Assembly: GCA_934149075.1 (NCBI GenBank)
Contig: CAKPDR010000009.1
Coordinates: 1,565 to 65,564 of the forward strand
Reading direction: 5' to 3'
DNA length: 64,000 nt
From: an uncultured Clostridia bacterium
GTDB taxonomy: Bacteria > Bacillota > Clostridia > TANB77 > CAG-508
The notes under the pieces are model-generated. The model did not search any database, had not been told where the DNA came from, and saw nothing but the letters and a program-made list of their open reading frames with translations. Positions within the stretch are counted from its first letter, which is position 1; the number at the start of each line of letters is the position of its first letter. The position numbers and the translations under genes were made by a program. This document shows, in pieces, positions 8,061 to 17,559 of the stretch.

Positions 8061-9977
8061 TTATTTTTTTTCATATTCTGGTAAATTATTTTTTAACATT
8101 GCCATAACAGCCATTGAAACTAATGATCCAATAATTATTGATACTAAATACCATATTGGATGTCCAACTGTTGCAATTACGAATATTCCTCCATGAGGTG
8201 CCATTAATGTACAATTAAATACCATTGACAATGCTCCTGTTACTGCTGATCCTGCAACAAATGCTGGTATTGTTCTTAATGGGTCTGCTGATGCAAATGG
8301 AATTGCACCTTCTGATATAAATGATAACCCCATTATATAATTTACATATGCTGCTTGTTTGTCTTTTTTTGCTATTTTCTTTGGGAAGAATGTTGCTAAT
8401 AATGCTATTGCTAATGGTGGTACCATTCCTCCTGCCATAACTGCTGCCATAATTTCATATTGCCCAGACGCTAACATTCCTGTTCCAAATGTATATGCTG
8501 CTTTGTTTACTGGTCCACCTAAATCTATTGCCATCATTCCTCCTAGAATTGCTCCTAGTAATACTTTATTTGCTGTACTCATTGATGATAAGTAATTATT
8601 TATTGCTGTGTTTATTGCTCCTACATATGGATTTATTAATAACATAAATGCACCCATTAACATTATTCCAAATACAGGATATAAAAGAATTGTTTTTATT
8701 CCTTCTATACTTTCTGGTAAATAACTACATATCTTCTTTAGTAATAATACTATATAACCACCAACAAAACCTGCTATTAATGCTCCTAAAAATCCTGAAC
8801 TAACAAGAACTACTGTGCTATCCGTTAATGATGCAAATGTTGTTCCCTGTACTGCTAATATTCCTCCAACAAACCCTACTGCTAATCCTGGTCTATCTGC
8901 AATACTCATTGCGATATATCCAGCTAAGATGTATAGCATTACATTAAATGCTGCTCCTCCTACTGTTTTAAAGAATGCAGCTAATGGTGTATTCATGCCA
9001 AAGTTTGAAGGATTTATTGAATAATCATCAAATAAGAATGCTAATGCTATTAATATTCCTCCACCTACAACAAATGGTAACATATGTGTTACACCATTCA
9101 TCAAGTGTTTATATACTTGTGTTCCAAATCCTTCTTTTTCATTATCATCTTCTTGATTACTCTTATTTGAAGAATGATATGTTTTTGCTTCTGGTGATAA
9201 TACATGTTCAATTAATTCTTGTGGTTTATTTATTCCATCTGCAACTTTTGCTTTTACTAGTTTTTTTCCGTCAAACCTTGATAAATCTACCTTTGTGTCT
9301 GCTGCAATTATTACAGCCTTTGCATTTTTTATTTCTTCTTTTGTGAATTTATTTTTCACTCCAGAAGATCCATGTGTTTCTACTTTTACTTTATGTCCTA
9401 ATTGTGCTCCCATTTTTTCTAGTGCTTCTGCTGCCATATACGTATGTGCAATTCCTGTTGGACACGATGTTATTGCTAATATTTCATATCCATCACTTTC
9501 TTGTTTTGTTTCTTTTAATTTCATTCTTTCGGCTCTATCTATGCACAACATAAATTCTGCTGGCGTTTCTGCATTTAGTAATTCTTTTCTAAATTCTGTA
9601 TCCATTAATAATGTTGATAGTCTACTTAACACGTCTAGGTGTACATTGTCTTTTGTATTCGGTGCTGCAATTAAAAATATTAATTTTGCAGGTTGTCCAT
9701 CTAAAGAATCAAAATTTACTCCATTTGGTATTACCATTGCTGATAATCCCGGTTTTGAAACTGCATTTGTTTTTCCATGTGGTATTGCGATTCCTTCTCC
9801 AATTCCAGTTGTTCCTTCTTCTTCTCTTTCCTTTACTACTCTTTTGTATTCTTCCTTGTTGATAATATTTCCATTGTTTGCCATTAAGTCAACCATTTGG
9901 TTAATTACTTCTTCTTTGCTATGTGCTACACCATTTAATTTGATGGCACTTGTACTTAACAAATCTGTAATTTTCAT
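8061..9977 (-). CDS. fruA: PTS fructose transporter subunit IIABC
   Basis: 638 aa with an EIIA-2 domain (GIAIPHGK), an EIIB-fructose domain (SCPTGIAHTYMAAE), and a polytopic EIIC domain. Confidence 0.93.
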   Translation of the reverse strand: MKITDLLSTSAIKLNGVAHSKEEVINQMVDLMANNGNIINKEEYKRVVKEREEEGTTGIGEGIAIPHGKTNAVSKPGLSAMVIPNGVNFDSLDGQPAKLIFLIAAPNTKDNVHLDVLSRLSTLLMDTEFRKELLNAETPAEFMLCIDRAERMKLKETKQESDGYEILAITSCPTGIAHTYMAAEALEKMGAQLGHKVKVETHGSSGVKNKFTKEEIKNAKAVIIAADTKVDLSRFDGKKLVKAKVADGINKPQELIEHVLSPEAKTYHSSNKSNQEDDNEKEGFGTQVYKHLMNGVTHMLPFVVGGGILIALAFLFDDYSINPSNFGMNTPLAAFFKTVGGAAFNVMLYILAGYIAMSIADRPGLAVGFVGGILAVQGTTFASLTDSTVVLVSSGFLGALIAGFVGGYIVLLLKKICSYLPESIEGIKTILLYPVFGIMLMGAFMLLINPYVGAINTAINNYLSSMSTANKVLLGAILGGMMAIDLGGPVNKAAYTFGTGMLASGQYEIMAAVMAGGMVPPLAIALLATFFPKKIAKKDKQAAYVNYIMGLSFISEGAIPFASADPLRTIPAFVAGSAVTGALSMVFNCTLMAPHGGIFVIATVGHPIWYLVSIIIGSLVSMAVMAMLKNNLPEYEKK

Positions 9978-10010
9978 ACTTTTATCATCCTTTCCTTTGT
10001 ATGTTTTAAT

Positions 10011-10913
10011 TTATATTTCTTTTAATAGGTTAGCTACTTCTTCTGCTGTTGCTAAATTCATTGAAAATGAGCTTGCACTTCCTGTAGCTATTCCCATTTT
10101 AAAAGCTTGTTCAAAATCTCCACTTTTTTCATAGCCTGCTATAAATCCCGCTACCATGGAGTCTCCTGCACCAACTGTATTTAATACTTTTCCTTTGGGT
10201 GCTTTTGAATAAAATTCTTTTCCTTCTGTTGTTAATAATATAGCTCCTTCTCCTCCTAATGATATTAAAACATTTTGTGCTCCAATTAGCTGAAGTTTCT
10301 TTGCATGAACTATAATTTCTTCTTTTGTTTCTATTTTTTCTTTAAATGTTTCTTCTAATTCTTCTTTATTTGGCTTTATTAAAAATGGTTTATATTTTAA
10401 AACATTCATTAATAATTCTTTTGTAGCATCTACTACAAATGTTACATTATTTCTTTCTAATGTTTTACATATTATTTCATATATATCATTATTTATACAT
10501 CTTGGTATATTTCCTGCTAGTATTACCATATCTTCTTTTGTTATTTTTTCAATTTTTTCTAATAATTTATTGATGTCTTCTTCTGTTATTTCTGGTCCAT
10601 TTCCATTTAACGCTGTTTCTTCATTTGAACTAATTTTTACATTGATTCTCGTAATTCCTTTTTCTACTTTTATAAAGTCTGTTTTTATCCCTTTTTCTTC
10701 AATGTTTCTTTTTAATTCTTTTCCTGTAAATCCTGCTATAAATCCTAATGCTGTACTTTCTATTCCAAGATTTTTTAGAACTGTTGATACATTTAGTCCT
10801 TTTCCTCCTGGAAGTATTTTTTCAGTTTTTGTTCTATTTATTTTTCCAATTTTAAAATTTTCTACTTGTGATATGTAATCTAGAGCTGGATTAAATGTAA
10901 TTGTATATATCAT
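10011..10913 (-). CDS. fruK: 1-phosphofructokinase
   Basis: PfkB family (MIYTITFNPALDY..., GAGDSMVAGF). Start moved to the ATG at 10913, preceded by GAGGTGA. Confidence 0.9.
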   Translation of the reverse strand: MIYTITFNPALDYISQVENFKIGKINRTKTEKILPGGKGLNVSTVLKNLGIESTALGFIAGFTGKELKRNIEEKGIKTDFIKVEKGITRINVKISSNEETALNGNGPEITEEDINKLLEKIEKITKEDMVILAGNIPRCINNDIYEIICKTLERNNVTFVVDATKELLMNVLKYKPFLIKPNKEELEETFKEKIETKEEIIVHAKKLQLIGAQNVLISLGGEGAILLTTEGKEFYSKAPKGKVLNTVGAGDSMVAGFIAGYEKSGDFEQAFKMGIATGSASSFSMNLATAEEVANLLKEI

Positions 10914-11040
10914 TTTATTCACCTCAATTTTTATCATATTATCATAATTAATTTTAATTTACAATAGTATTTTTTATTTTTAAGCGAAAAAAAAACTATA
11001 ATTTTACATTTTTATTATAGTTCTTTTTTTATTCGATTTT

Positions 11041-11625
11041 TTATGCATTTTGTGATGAATTTGTTCCTCCATCAAATGGTATAAATTTGTTTACTATGCT
11101 TCCAGTAGACACTTCTATATTATTAGTATCTGTTTTAAACATTGCAAATGATGTATTTATTTTATTATCAACTAATTCTTCAACTTCATCCTGTGTTGCA
11201 TGTTCTGCTAATACTAGCTCACTTACTAGTATTTGTTTTGCATTATGTAACATTTTCTTTTCTCCTGTTGATAACCCTTTTTCTTTTTGTTTGAAACTTA
11301 AATTTCTTACAACATCGGCAATTTCATATATATTTCCACTTTTCATCTTGTCCATATTATCTCTATAACGTTTGTTCCAGTTTTTCTCCATTTCCGTTTC
11401 GTCTTGTTCTAATACATTTATAACTTTTTCTGCTTCTGTTTTATCAATTACATTTCTAATACCATGTTCTTCCGCTGTTGATATAGGCACCATTACCTTT
11501 ACTTCTCCTGGCATTTTTAATATATAATATGATTGTTTTTCCCCTAATATTTCTTTCTCCTCTATTGAATCTATAACCCCCGCTCCATGCATTGGGTATA
11601 CTATTTTGTCCCCTACATTGTACAT
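11041..11625 (-). CDS. carD: CarD/CdnL family transcriptional regulator
   Basis: N-terminal CarD_CdnL_TRCF domain (MYNVGDKIVYPMHGAGVIDSIEEKEILGEKQSYYIL). Start placed at the ATG at 11625, 8 nt after AAGGAG. Confidence 0.8.
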   Translation of the reverse strand: MYNVGDKIVYPMHGAGVIDSIEEKEILGEKQSYYILKMPGEVKVMVPISTAEEHGIRNVIDKTEAEKVINVLEQDETEMEKNWNKRYRDNMDKMKSGNIYEIADVVRNLSFKQKEKGLSTGEKKMLHNAKQILVSELVLAEHATQDEVEELVDNKINTSFAMFKTDTNNIEVSTGSIVNKFIPFDGGTNSSQNA

Positions 11626-11763
11626 GTAAGTCACTCCTTTCAGTCTTTATATTTTGGTTTTCAATCACGTTTCACTTATTATCTCAACCATTTTTATTAT
11701 ACTACAAAAAATGGCAAAAGTCAAAGCTTTTACCATTTTTTTTAATTTTTTTCATTTATAATT

Positions 11764-12225
11764 TCACTTATTTGTTGACCCAAATCCGCCAGTTCTAGCA
11801 CCTTCAGCCATATCATTATCTGCTATTAAAAATGGCATAAATATTGCTTGCCCAATACAGTCACCTTTTTTTATTTCAACATCTTCGTCTTTTATGTTAT
11901 AAAATGCAAACATTATATGTCCATCATTATCTGAATTTCCATAATAGTCTTGATCTACAACTCCTATACTGTTTGCAAGTATTAATCCTTTTTTTCCTGG
12001 ATTAGAACTTCTATTTGCTAACATTAAATATTCATTTTCTTTCATATACGCTTTTATTCCTGTTTTTACTAGTGTTGGTTTCATTCCTTTTTTAAATGAT
12101 GGTATGATTGTATTTTCTGCTGCTTCTACATCATATCCTGCTGAATATTTTGTTTTTCTTACTGGTAAATTTATTCCTTTATCTTCAAATCCTTTTGCTA
12201 TTTCAAATCCTCTTATTTTTTCCAT
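11764..12225 (-). CDS. dut: dUTP diphosphatase
   Basis: 153 aa with trimeric dUTPase motifs (AGYDV, GVVDQDYYG, RTGGFGST). Confidence 0.9.
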   Translation of the reverse strand: MEKIRGFEIAKGFEDKGINLPVRKTKYSAGYDVEAAENTIIPSFKKGMKPTLVKTGIKAYMKENEYLMLANRSSNPGKKGLILANSIGVVDQDYYGNSDNDGHIMFAFYNIKDEDVEIKKGDCIGQAIFMPFLIADNDMAEGARTGGFGSTNK

Positions 12226-12387
12226 GTTTTTTCATCCTTTCTTTGTTTTCTTTATTCTTTCATATCATTATTTAATTGTCAAGATTGTGAAAAAATTAAT
12301 TCAAAAAAATTGCACAAGTTTCAGATCAAAAGTCAATAAAAACTCTCCACCTTTTTAGATGGAGAGAAAGATAAACTCTTTTTCTGT

Positions 12388-12675
12388 TTAATTTTTTCTA
12401 ACAAATTCCAATCTTGTGGATTTCATAAATCCAAATTCACCATTGTCCATAAGGACACCAAAGAAGTGATCTGATTCGTCCCTACGAATTTCAACAATTC
12501 TCCCAGTTCCTTCATGCATAATTGTAGGACAAATATATCCTCTACAATCAGCAGTTACACGAACTACATCATATAACCGATATTTAAGTTCTCCATTAAC
12601 TTGAACTGCAACAGGGATGTCAAATTCGTCAACAACCAACTCATAGTTAGAAAAAATTGTGTGTTCTATTTTCAT
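12388..12675 (-). CDS. hypothetical protein (95 aa)
   Basis: AAGGAGG RBS before the ATG at 12675. I recognise no family. It looks more G+C-rich than its neighbours and lies next to tRNA genes. Confidence 0.55.
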   Translation of the reverse strand: MKIEHTIFSNYELVVDEFDIPVAVQVNGELKYRLYDVVRVTADCRGYICPTIMHEGTGRIVEIRRDESDHFFGVLMDNGEFGFMKSTRLEFVRKN

Positions 12676-12795
12676 GTTATTCCTCCTTGGGTAATTACCC
12701 ATAATAATTTTGTCTATAGCTACTGATGTAACGGAGTTGCAAAATAAAAAACTCTGTAAAGCACTGATTTATCAGTGTTTCAGAGTTTTTAGTTT

Positions 12796-12870
12796 TGGTT
12801 GGGCTGGCTAGATTCGAACTAGCGCATGCCAGAGTCAAAGTCTGGTGCCTTACCGCTTGGCTACAGCCCA
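12796..12870 (-). tRNA. tRNA-Gln (UUG)
   Basis: The reverse complement, TGGGCTGTAGCCAAGCGGTAAGGCACCAGACTTTGACTCTGG...TTCGAATCTAGCCAGCCCAACCA, folds as a cloverleaf with anticodon loop CTTTGAC. CCA is encoded. Confidence 0.9.
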
Positions 12871-12885
12871 ATATATAATATTTTA

Positions 12886-12963
12886 TGGGGTGGAAGATGG
12901 GACTCGAACCCACGGTCTCCAGTGCCACAAACTGGCGCGTTAACCAACTACGCTACATCCACC
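12886..12963 (-). tRNA. tRNA-His (GUG)
   Basis: The reverse complement, GGTGGATGTAGCGTAGTTGGTTAACGCGCCAGTTTGTGGCACTGG...GGTTCGAGTCCCATCTTCCACCCCA, has the extra 5' G typical of tRNA-His and anticodon GTG. Confidence 0.85.
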
Positions 12964-13063
12964 GTCATTGTAGCTCATTTGTGAGCACAGTTAATATTTT
13001 AATATGATTTTTCATATTTGTCAAGTTTTTTTCAATAATTTCTTAAAGTTTTGTTGCAGTTTA

Positions 13064-13459
13064 GTTACAATTCGCACTCCTTAAAAATATTATATATGTT
13101 GGGAACCTTCCTAGGTGATTATATATATTTGAGATTTTGTCCTGTTCATTACGTTCAAAAAGAAAATCTACCATAAAAAACTGAGCCTCTCTCACTCAGG
13201 TATAAAATGCATATATATATATGAGTTTAAACTTTTCGAATGTGATTGGAGCAATATTAGAATTTCTTATGTTGCGTATTGAGCCAAGAAAATGTTTCAA
13301 ATCATATACATATATGCATTTTTCCGTGAGCATTCCTCATTTTTTTATTTTAAATTTTCTATTTTTCACTCCAATCAAACGGACAAAATCTCAAATATAT
13401 ATAATCACCTAGGAAGGTTCCCAACATATATAATATTTTTAATGGCTGTGAATCGTAAC
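13064..13459. mobile_element. non-coding MITE-like element with about 80-bp terminal inverted repeats (family 3)
   Basis: The left arm (13064-13144) matches the reverse complement of 13381-13459. The shared core is ttaaaaatattatatatgttgggaaccttcctaggtgattatatatatttgagattttgtcc. Further nested palindromes lie inside. A mini copy is at 35742-35792. Confidence 0.7.
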
Positions 13460-13527
13460 TCTGTTTAATATTTTTACCAATTTCACAAAAAATAATACCT
13501 ATAAGACTAGGTACTATTTTTTGTATT

Positions 13528-14517
13528 TTATTCTTCTCCTCTACCTTCTGGTAAAGCATCTGGCAATTCAATTCTAATTCTAATCTTGCAAACATAAGAT
13601 ATAGCTCTTCCCAATTTACTATTTTTAATTCTTTGCCATAAAGATGGTTTTTTCTCAAATGTGACAGAATTTTGATATTCTTGTATCTCTTGTTCTTCAA
13701 CAGCCATTTCGTCAACTTCATCTTCATTTTCTTCCTCAAATGAAAGAACTTGAGAAATTGTTTTTTCAGGAACAACTTCTTCTTTTGCAACTTTTACCTT
13801 TTCTGTCTTTTTAGTTGCTTTTGCTTTGTTTACTTCTTTTACTTCTTCTATTTCTTGAACTTCTTCTACATTTTCCTCAATTATTGCATCTGCAGGTTTT
13901 GGAATTCCCTTTAAAGCTTCTGCAACCTCAATTCCTATATAGCTTAAAGCTTTTGATCTATCTTCTGTTCTTTCTAAATCTATTTCTATATGTAAATTTG
14001 TTTCTAAATTATTTACTCTTGCATTTAACAATTTTAAAGCATCTTGATAATTTTGACTTTTTCTGCTTCTATCTTTCCCGACCAATGTAAGTGTATCAAT
14101 TACATCCTCTGAAAAGTCTCCTTCTGCTTCTTTAACCTTATCTTTCCATCCCGTTTCTCTTGACTCAACAACACCAATCAGTTCTGTCAATTTACCTGCT
14201 AATGCTATATTTTCTTCTCTTTGTCTAATTAGTTCCTCAACTTTTTTAGTATTTTCTTCAAATTGTATAGTTGCATATTCAACCAAACCATATGCTGCCT
14301 TATATACACTTACTGGGAAATTCTTTTTCTTAGGATATTCTATTAAATAAGCTTTTATAGATTCAATCAAATCCTTGAAATATGTGTCGTCTTCTAATTG
14401 AACTATTTGCTTTTTGCTTTTCGGATTTATCATTTTTTGTACTTTATCTATATTTGATAGTATTTTTTCTTCTGTGATAACCATTCTCACATTTACTATG
14501 CCTGATCTTCTAGACAT
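13528..14517 (-). CDS. hypothetical acidic protein (329 aa)
   Basis: Long ORF with a glutamate-rich, probably coiled-coil middle region. I recognise no family. Confidence 0.65.
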   Translation of the reverse strand: MSRRSGIVNVRMVITEEKILSNIDKVQKMINPKSKKQIVQLEDDTYFKDLIESIKAYLIEYPKKKNFPVSVYKAAYGLVEYATIQFEENTKKVEELIRQREENIALAGKLTELIGVVESRETGWKDKVKEAEGDFSEDVIDTLTLVGKDRSRKSQNYQDALKLLNARVNNLETNLHIEIDLERTEDRSKALSYIGIEVAEALKGIPKPADAIIEENVEEVQEIEEVKEVNKAKATKKTEKVKVAKEEVVPEKTISQVLSFEEENEDEVDEMAVEEQEIQEYQNSVTFEKKPSLWQRIKNSKLGRAISYVCKIRIRIELPDALPEGRGEE

Positions 14518-14740
14518 GCAAATTCCTCCTTCTTCCTATGTGGTCAATAATTAAATTCTATTTTATTATACAACAGGTACCATAAAACCTCAAGGCTTTT
14601 TTTGAGTTTTTTATATTACATTTATATTACAATTGTAACACAAATGTAATATAAAGAAGACTTGACATTATAATTGTCGTACTTAATAGGAACAGCTAAA
14701 AACTTGTTTACTTTAACAAATTTAACTGTTCCATAACATT

Positions 14741-16450
14741 CTATCCAAATATTTTTTTCATTTCTTCATGTCTTTTAATTTTTAAAGTTGTTGTCTTTAT
14801 AAGCTCTTCTTCTGTAATAATCATTTCTCTAACATATTTATATTTAGGCATCAATCTATTAACTTCTTTTACTTTTTCCCATAAGAATTCTCTAATTTTA
14901 TCTTCAGCTTCAATATTATATAATTCTTTAATTATTTCTTTATCATAAACTATTTTTACGCAAACCTTCACATCTCCGTCGTCTTCTTTTTTTTCATAAA
15001 CAAATGATTCTTTTATTCCTTCTACTTTATTTAATAATGTTTCAATTTCTTCTGGGAATACATTTTTTCCATTATTTAGAACTATTACACTTTTCTTTCT
15101 GCCAGAAATATAAATAAATCCATCTTTATCAATTCTTGCTAAATCACCCGTATGGAACCACCCATCTGGTTCTAAAGCTGATTTGGTAGCTTCTTCATTT
15201 TCATAATACCCAAGCATTATTGATGGACCTTTTGCCATTAATTCTCCTATTCCTTCTTCGTCTGGATTATCAATTTTAACTTCAACACTTGGAAACTTCT
15301 TTCCTATTGAGCCTAATCTTCTACACTTAGGAATTTCTGCTGCAATTACTGGTGATGTTTCTGTAAGTCCATATCCTTGTTCTAAATCAAATCCTAAGTC
15401 ATTAAACCCTTTTTCAGTCTCAGGATCTAATGCTGCACCACCAGTTACAACTAATTTTAAATCTGGTCCTAAACTTTCATGAATTTCTTTAAATATTTGC
15501 TTTCTAAGGTCTATTTTTACTTTTAATAATAAATTTGATATCTTTCTACCTTTTTCTACAGTTGGTAATTTTCCTTTTTTCTCAATTGTTTTCATTACTT
15601 TTCTATATATAATATCAAATACAGCCGGAACTGATATCATTGCAGTTATACGATAGTCTTTAATGTTGTCTGCCATATGTTTTACACCTTCGCAAAAATA
15701 TATACATGATCCAATTGATACAGGATATAAAAATCCCACTGTACATTCGAATACATGATGTAATGGCAAGAATGATAAAAATCTTTCTTTATCATTTAAA
15801 TTGAATCTTTCATCTATATCCATTATGTTTGTTACTATATTTTTATGTGATAGCATTACTGCTTTTGACATTGCTGTAGTTCCTGATGTAAATAGCATTA
15901 TTCCCATTTTGTCAGCATCGATTTTTGCATCTAAATAACTTGTATCTCCATCTTCTATTAATTTTTTTCCTTTTTCTACTAATGCCTTTTGAGAATATAT
16001 GCCATTTGTATTTTCATCTAATTCCATTGATATAAAATATCTTAAATTAGTATTCTTTTTTTCTCTTAGCTTGTTCATTACTTCATCATATTTCTTTGAA
16101 TAAAATATTGCTTCTACTTGTGAACGTAAAATTAAACTTTCGATTTCATTTTCTGGTAATGATTTATCTAATGGTACAACCACTCCTGTTCCTGCTGCAA
16201 TTGATAAATATGCCAATTCCCATTCATATCTATTTTCAGAAATTACCGCAATCCTTTTGTCTTTTAACCCCATTTTTATTAGTGCCGTTCCTAATGCATT
16301 TATTTCATCTCTAAATTCCTTATGTGTTACTTGTCTCATTTCACCTTTTATTTCTGTTTTTAACATATATGCCGGTCTATTACTATATACTTCTCCTGTT
16401 TGTTTTAACATATCTTTTAAATCTGTATATTTCATTTTTTTTGATTCCAT
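14741..16450 (-). CDS. long-chain fatty acid--CoA ligase (AMP-binding enzyme family)
   Basis: 569 aa with the AMP-binding motif LFTSGTTAMSKAV plus GYGLTETS and GWFHTGD. Confidence 0.9.
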   Translation of the reverse strand: MESKKMKYTDLKDMLKQTGEVYSNRPAYMLKTEIKGEMRQVTHKEFRDEINALGTALIKMGLKDKRIAVISENRYEWELAYLSIAAGTGVVVPLDKSLPENEIESLILRSQVEAIFYSKKYDEVMNKLREKKNTNLRYFISMELDENTNGIYSQKALVEKGKKLIEDGDTSYLDAKIDADKMGIMLFTSGTTAMSKAVMLSHKNIVTNIMDIDERFNLNDKERFLSFLPLHHVFECTVGFLYPVSIGSCIYFCEGVKHMADNIKDYRITAMISVPAVFDIIYRKVMKTIEKKGKLPTVEKGRKISNLLLKVKIDLRKQIFKEIHESLGPDLKLVVTGGAALDPETEKGFNDLGFDLEQGYGLTETSPVIAAEIPKCRRLGSIGKKFPSVEVKIDNPDEEGIGELMAKGPSIMLGYYENEEATKSALEPDGWFHTGDLARIDKDGFIYISGRKKSVIVLNNGKNVFPEEIETLLNKVEGIKESFVYEKKEDDGDVKVCVKIVYDKEIIKELYNIEAEDKIREFLWEKVKEVNRLMPKYKYVREMIITEEELIKTTTLKIKRHEEMKKIFG

Positions 16451-16480
16451 TTTAAGCTATCATTCCCTTCATTTTATACA

Positions 16481-17065
16481 TTATTTTATTCTTAATCCGT
16501 TTACAATTGTATTTTCGTATTCTTGATATAATTTCATTACATCCATTTGTTCTTCTTCTCTTTTTTTATATACCAATGTTGAGCATATTAAACCATATAT
16601 TTCTGAAGCAATTGCCCTTGTATCGCCTTTTTTTATCTCGCCTTTTTCAATTCCTTGTTGTACTATTTTTTCTATTTGTCCAATATAATCATATACATGT
16701 TCTTGGCATTTTTTATTTCTTGCTTCATTTCCCCAAAATTGACTTAGAATTATTGTTATTATATCTTCATATTTTGCCACTATCTTTATTTGAATTAATA
16801 TTATAGCTTTTATTTTATCTATGTAATTATTATGTTTTGCTGTTTTTATATCAACACTATTCTGTAACAGTTTAATTCCTTCTTCTATTAAGAAGTTGAA
16901 TATTTCTTCTTTACTAGAAAAGTGGTAATATAATGTGCCCTTTGCAACACCAACTGTCGCTGTAATTTCTTCTATGCTTGTTGCATCATATCCTTTTTCT
17001 GCAAATAGTTTCATTGATGTTTCAAATATTTTTCTTTTGGTTTTATTCATATACTTCACACCCAT
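16481..17065 (-). CDS. TetR/AcrR family transcriptional regulator
   Basis: N-terminal HTH (IFETSMKLFAEKGYDATSIEEITATVGVAKGTLYYHF). Co-directional with the acyl-CoA ligase gene. Confidence 0.85.
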   Translation of the reverse strand: MGVKYMNKTKRKIFETSMKLFAEKGYDATSIEEITATVGVAKGTLYYHFSSKEEIFNFLIEEGIKLLQNSVDIKTAKHNNYIDKIKAIILIQIKIVAKYEDIITIILSQFWGNEARNKKCQEHVYDYIGQIEKIVQQGIEKGEIKKGDTRAIASEIYGLICSTLVYKKREEEQMDVMKLYQEYENTIVNGLRIK

Positions 17066-17232
17066 TATCTCTCAATTTTTCTTTCATATTATATAATTTT
17101 ATTGCATTTTATGCAAGCTTTTTTTATAATTTGAATTACCATTCAGTTTTTATGATACATATAAAAATATAAAAAGTTAAATAATATTCCACATTATGTT
17201 TTCCTTCAAGTTTACAATCTCATTTTCAAAAT

Positions 17233-17312
17233 TTATCCACATGGTTGTGGATAATGTGGATAACTTTGTGAATAACTTTAAATAGACATTTTTCATTTAC
17301 AAGTTATTCACA
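17233..17312. promoter_or_regulatory. cluster of five DnaA boxes
   Basis: TTATCCACA at 17233-17241. Its complement TGTGGATAA occurs at 17246-17254 and 17255-17263, directly abutting. One-mismatch boxes are TGTGAATAA at 17267-17275 and TTATTCACA at 17304-17312. Confidence 0.6.
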
Positions 17313-17397
17313 TTTGGTTGTTGACAATTCTCAATTTACATTTATTTGCAATTTTTATCATTTTTTATGTAACTCATTTTTATAATGTATTGTAAAA

Positions 17398-17516
17398 AAT
17401 AAGAATGTAATATATTATTTTAAAGTTTAACAAGGTGTTTTAAATTTGTTTCAAACAAATTTAAAATAGCAAGACGTCCGCAGTTAAACGATAAAATAAT
17501 ATATTACATTCTTATT
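17398..17516 (-). terminator. long compound AT-rich hairpin, probably the terminator of the polC-DUF1294 unit
   Basis: Perfect 25-bp arms aataagaatgtaatatattatttta / taaaataatatattacattcttatt. Inner pairings are gtttaac/gttaaac and ttttaaatttgtt/aacaaatttaaaa. A T-run follows on the minus strand. Confidence 0.45.
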
Positions 17517-17559
17517 AAATTATAAATACACGAATTATATAAAGTACGCTTTTATCTTT

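Noticed and set aside
8359-10134. Numerous 60-280 aa antisense or out-of-frame ORFs inside fruA, polC, ptsI, gatA/B, the kinase gene and others
   Set aside because: They are all nested within strongly supported genes. Their products are Leu/Phe/Ile/Ser-rich and low complexity, as is typical of the reverse frames of AT-rich coding DNA, and they lack RBSs.
12695-12928. ORF-track entry (77 aa) overlapping the tRNA-Gln and tRNA-His genes, and likewise 58700-58921 over tRNA-Asp/Val
   Set aside because: The sequence folds into canonical tRNA cloverleaves. These ORFs are accidental open frames through tRNA genes.
13221-13790. ORFs 13221-13412 (plus strand) and 13359-13790 (minus strand)
   Set aside because: The first lies wholly inside the non-coding MITE-like element. 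The second overlaps the real 329-aa gene out of frame and runs into the repeat. Neither has an RBS.
17186-17400. The DnaA-box cluster plus flanking AT-rich DNA as the chromosomal origin oriC
   Set aside because: No dnaA, dnaN or rpmH is nearby. I found only one box cluster. I could not identify DnaA-trio repeats or a GC-rich spacer next to the boxes. I kept it as a non-origin DnaA-box cluster finding instead.
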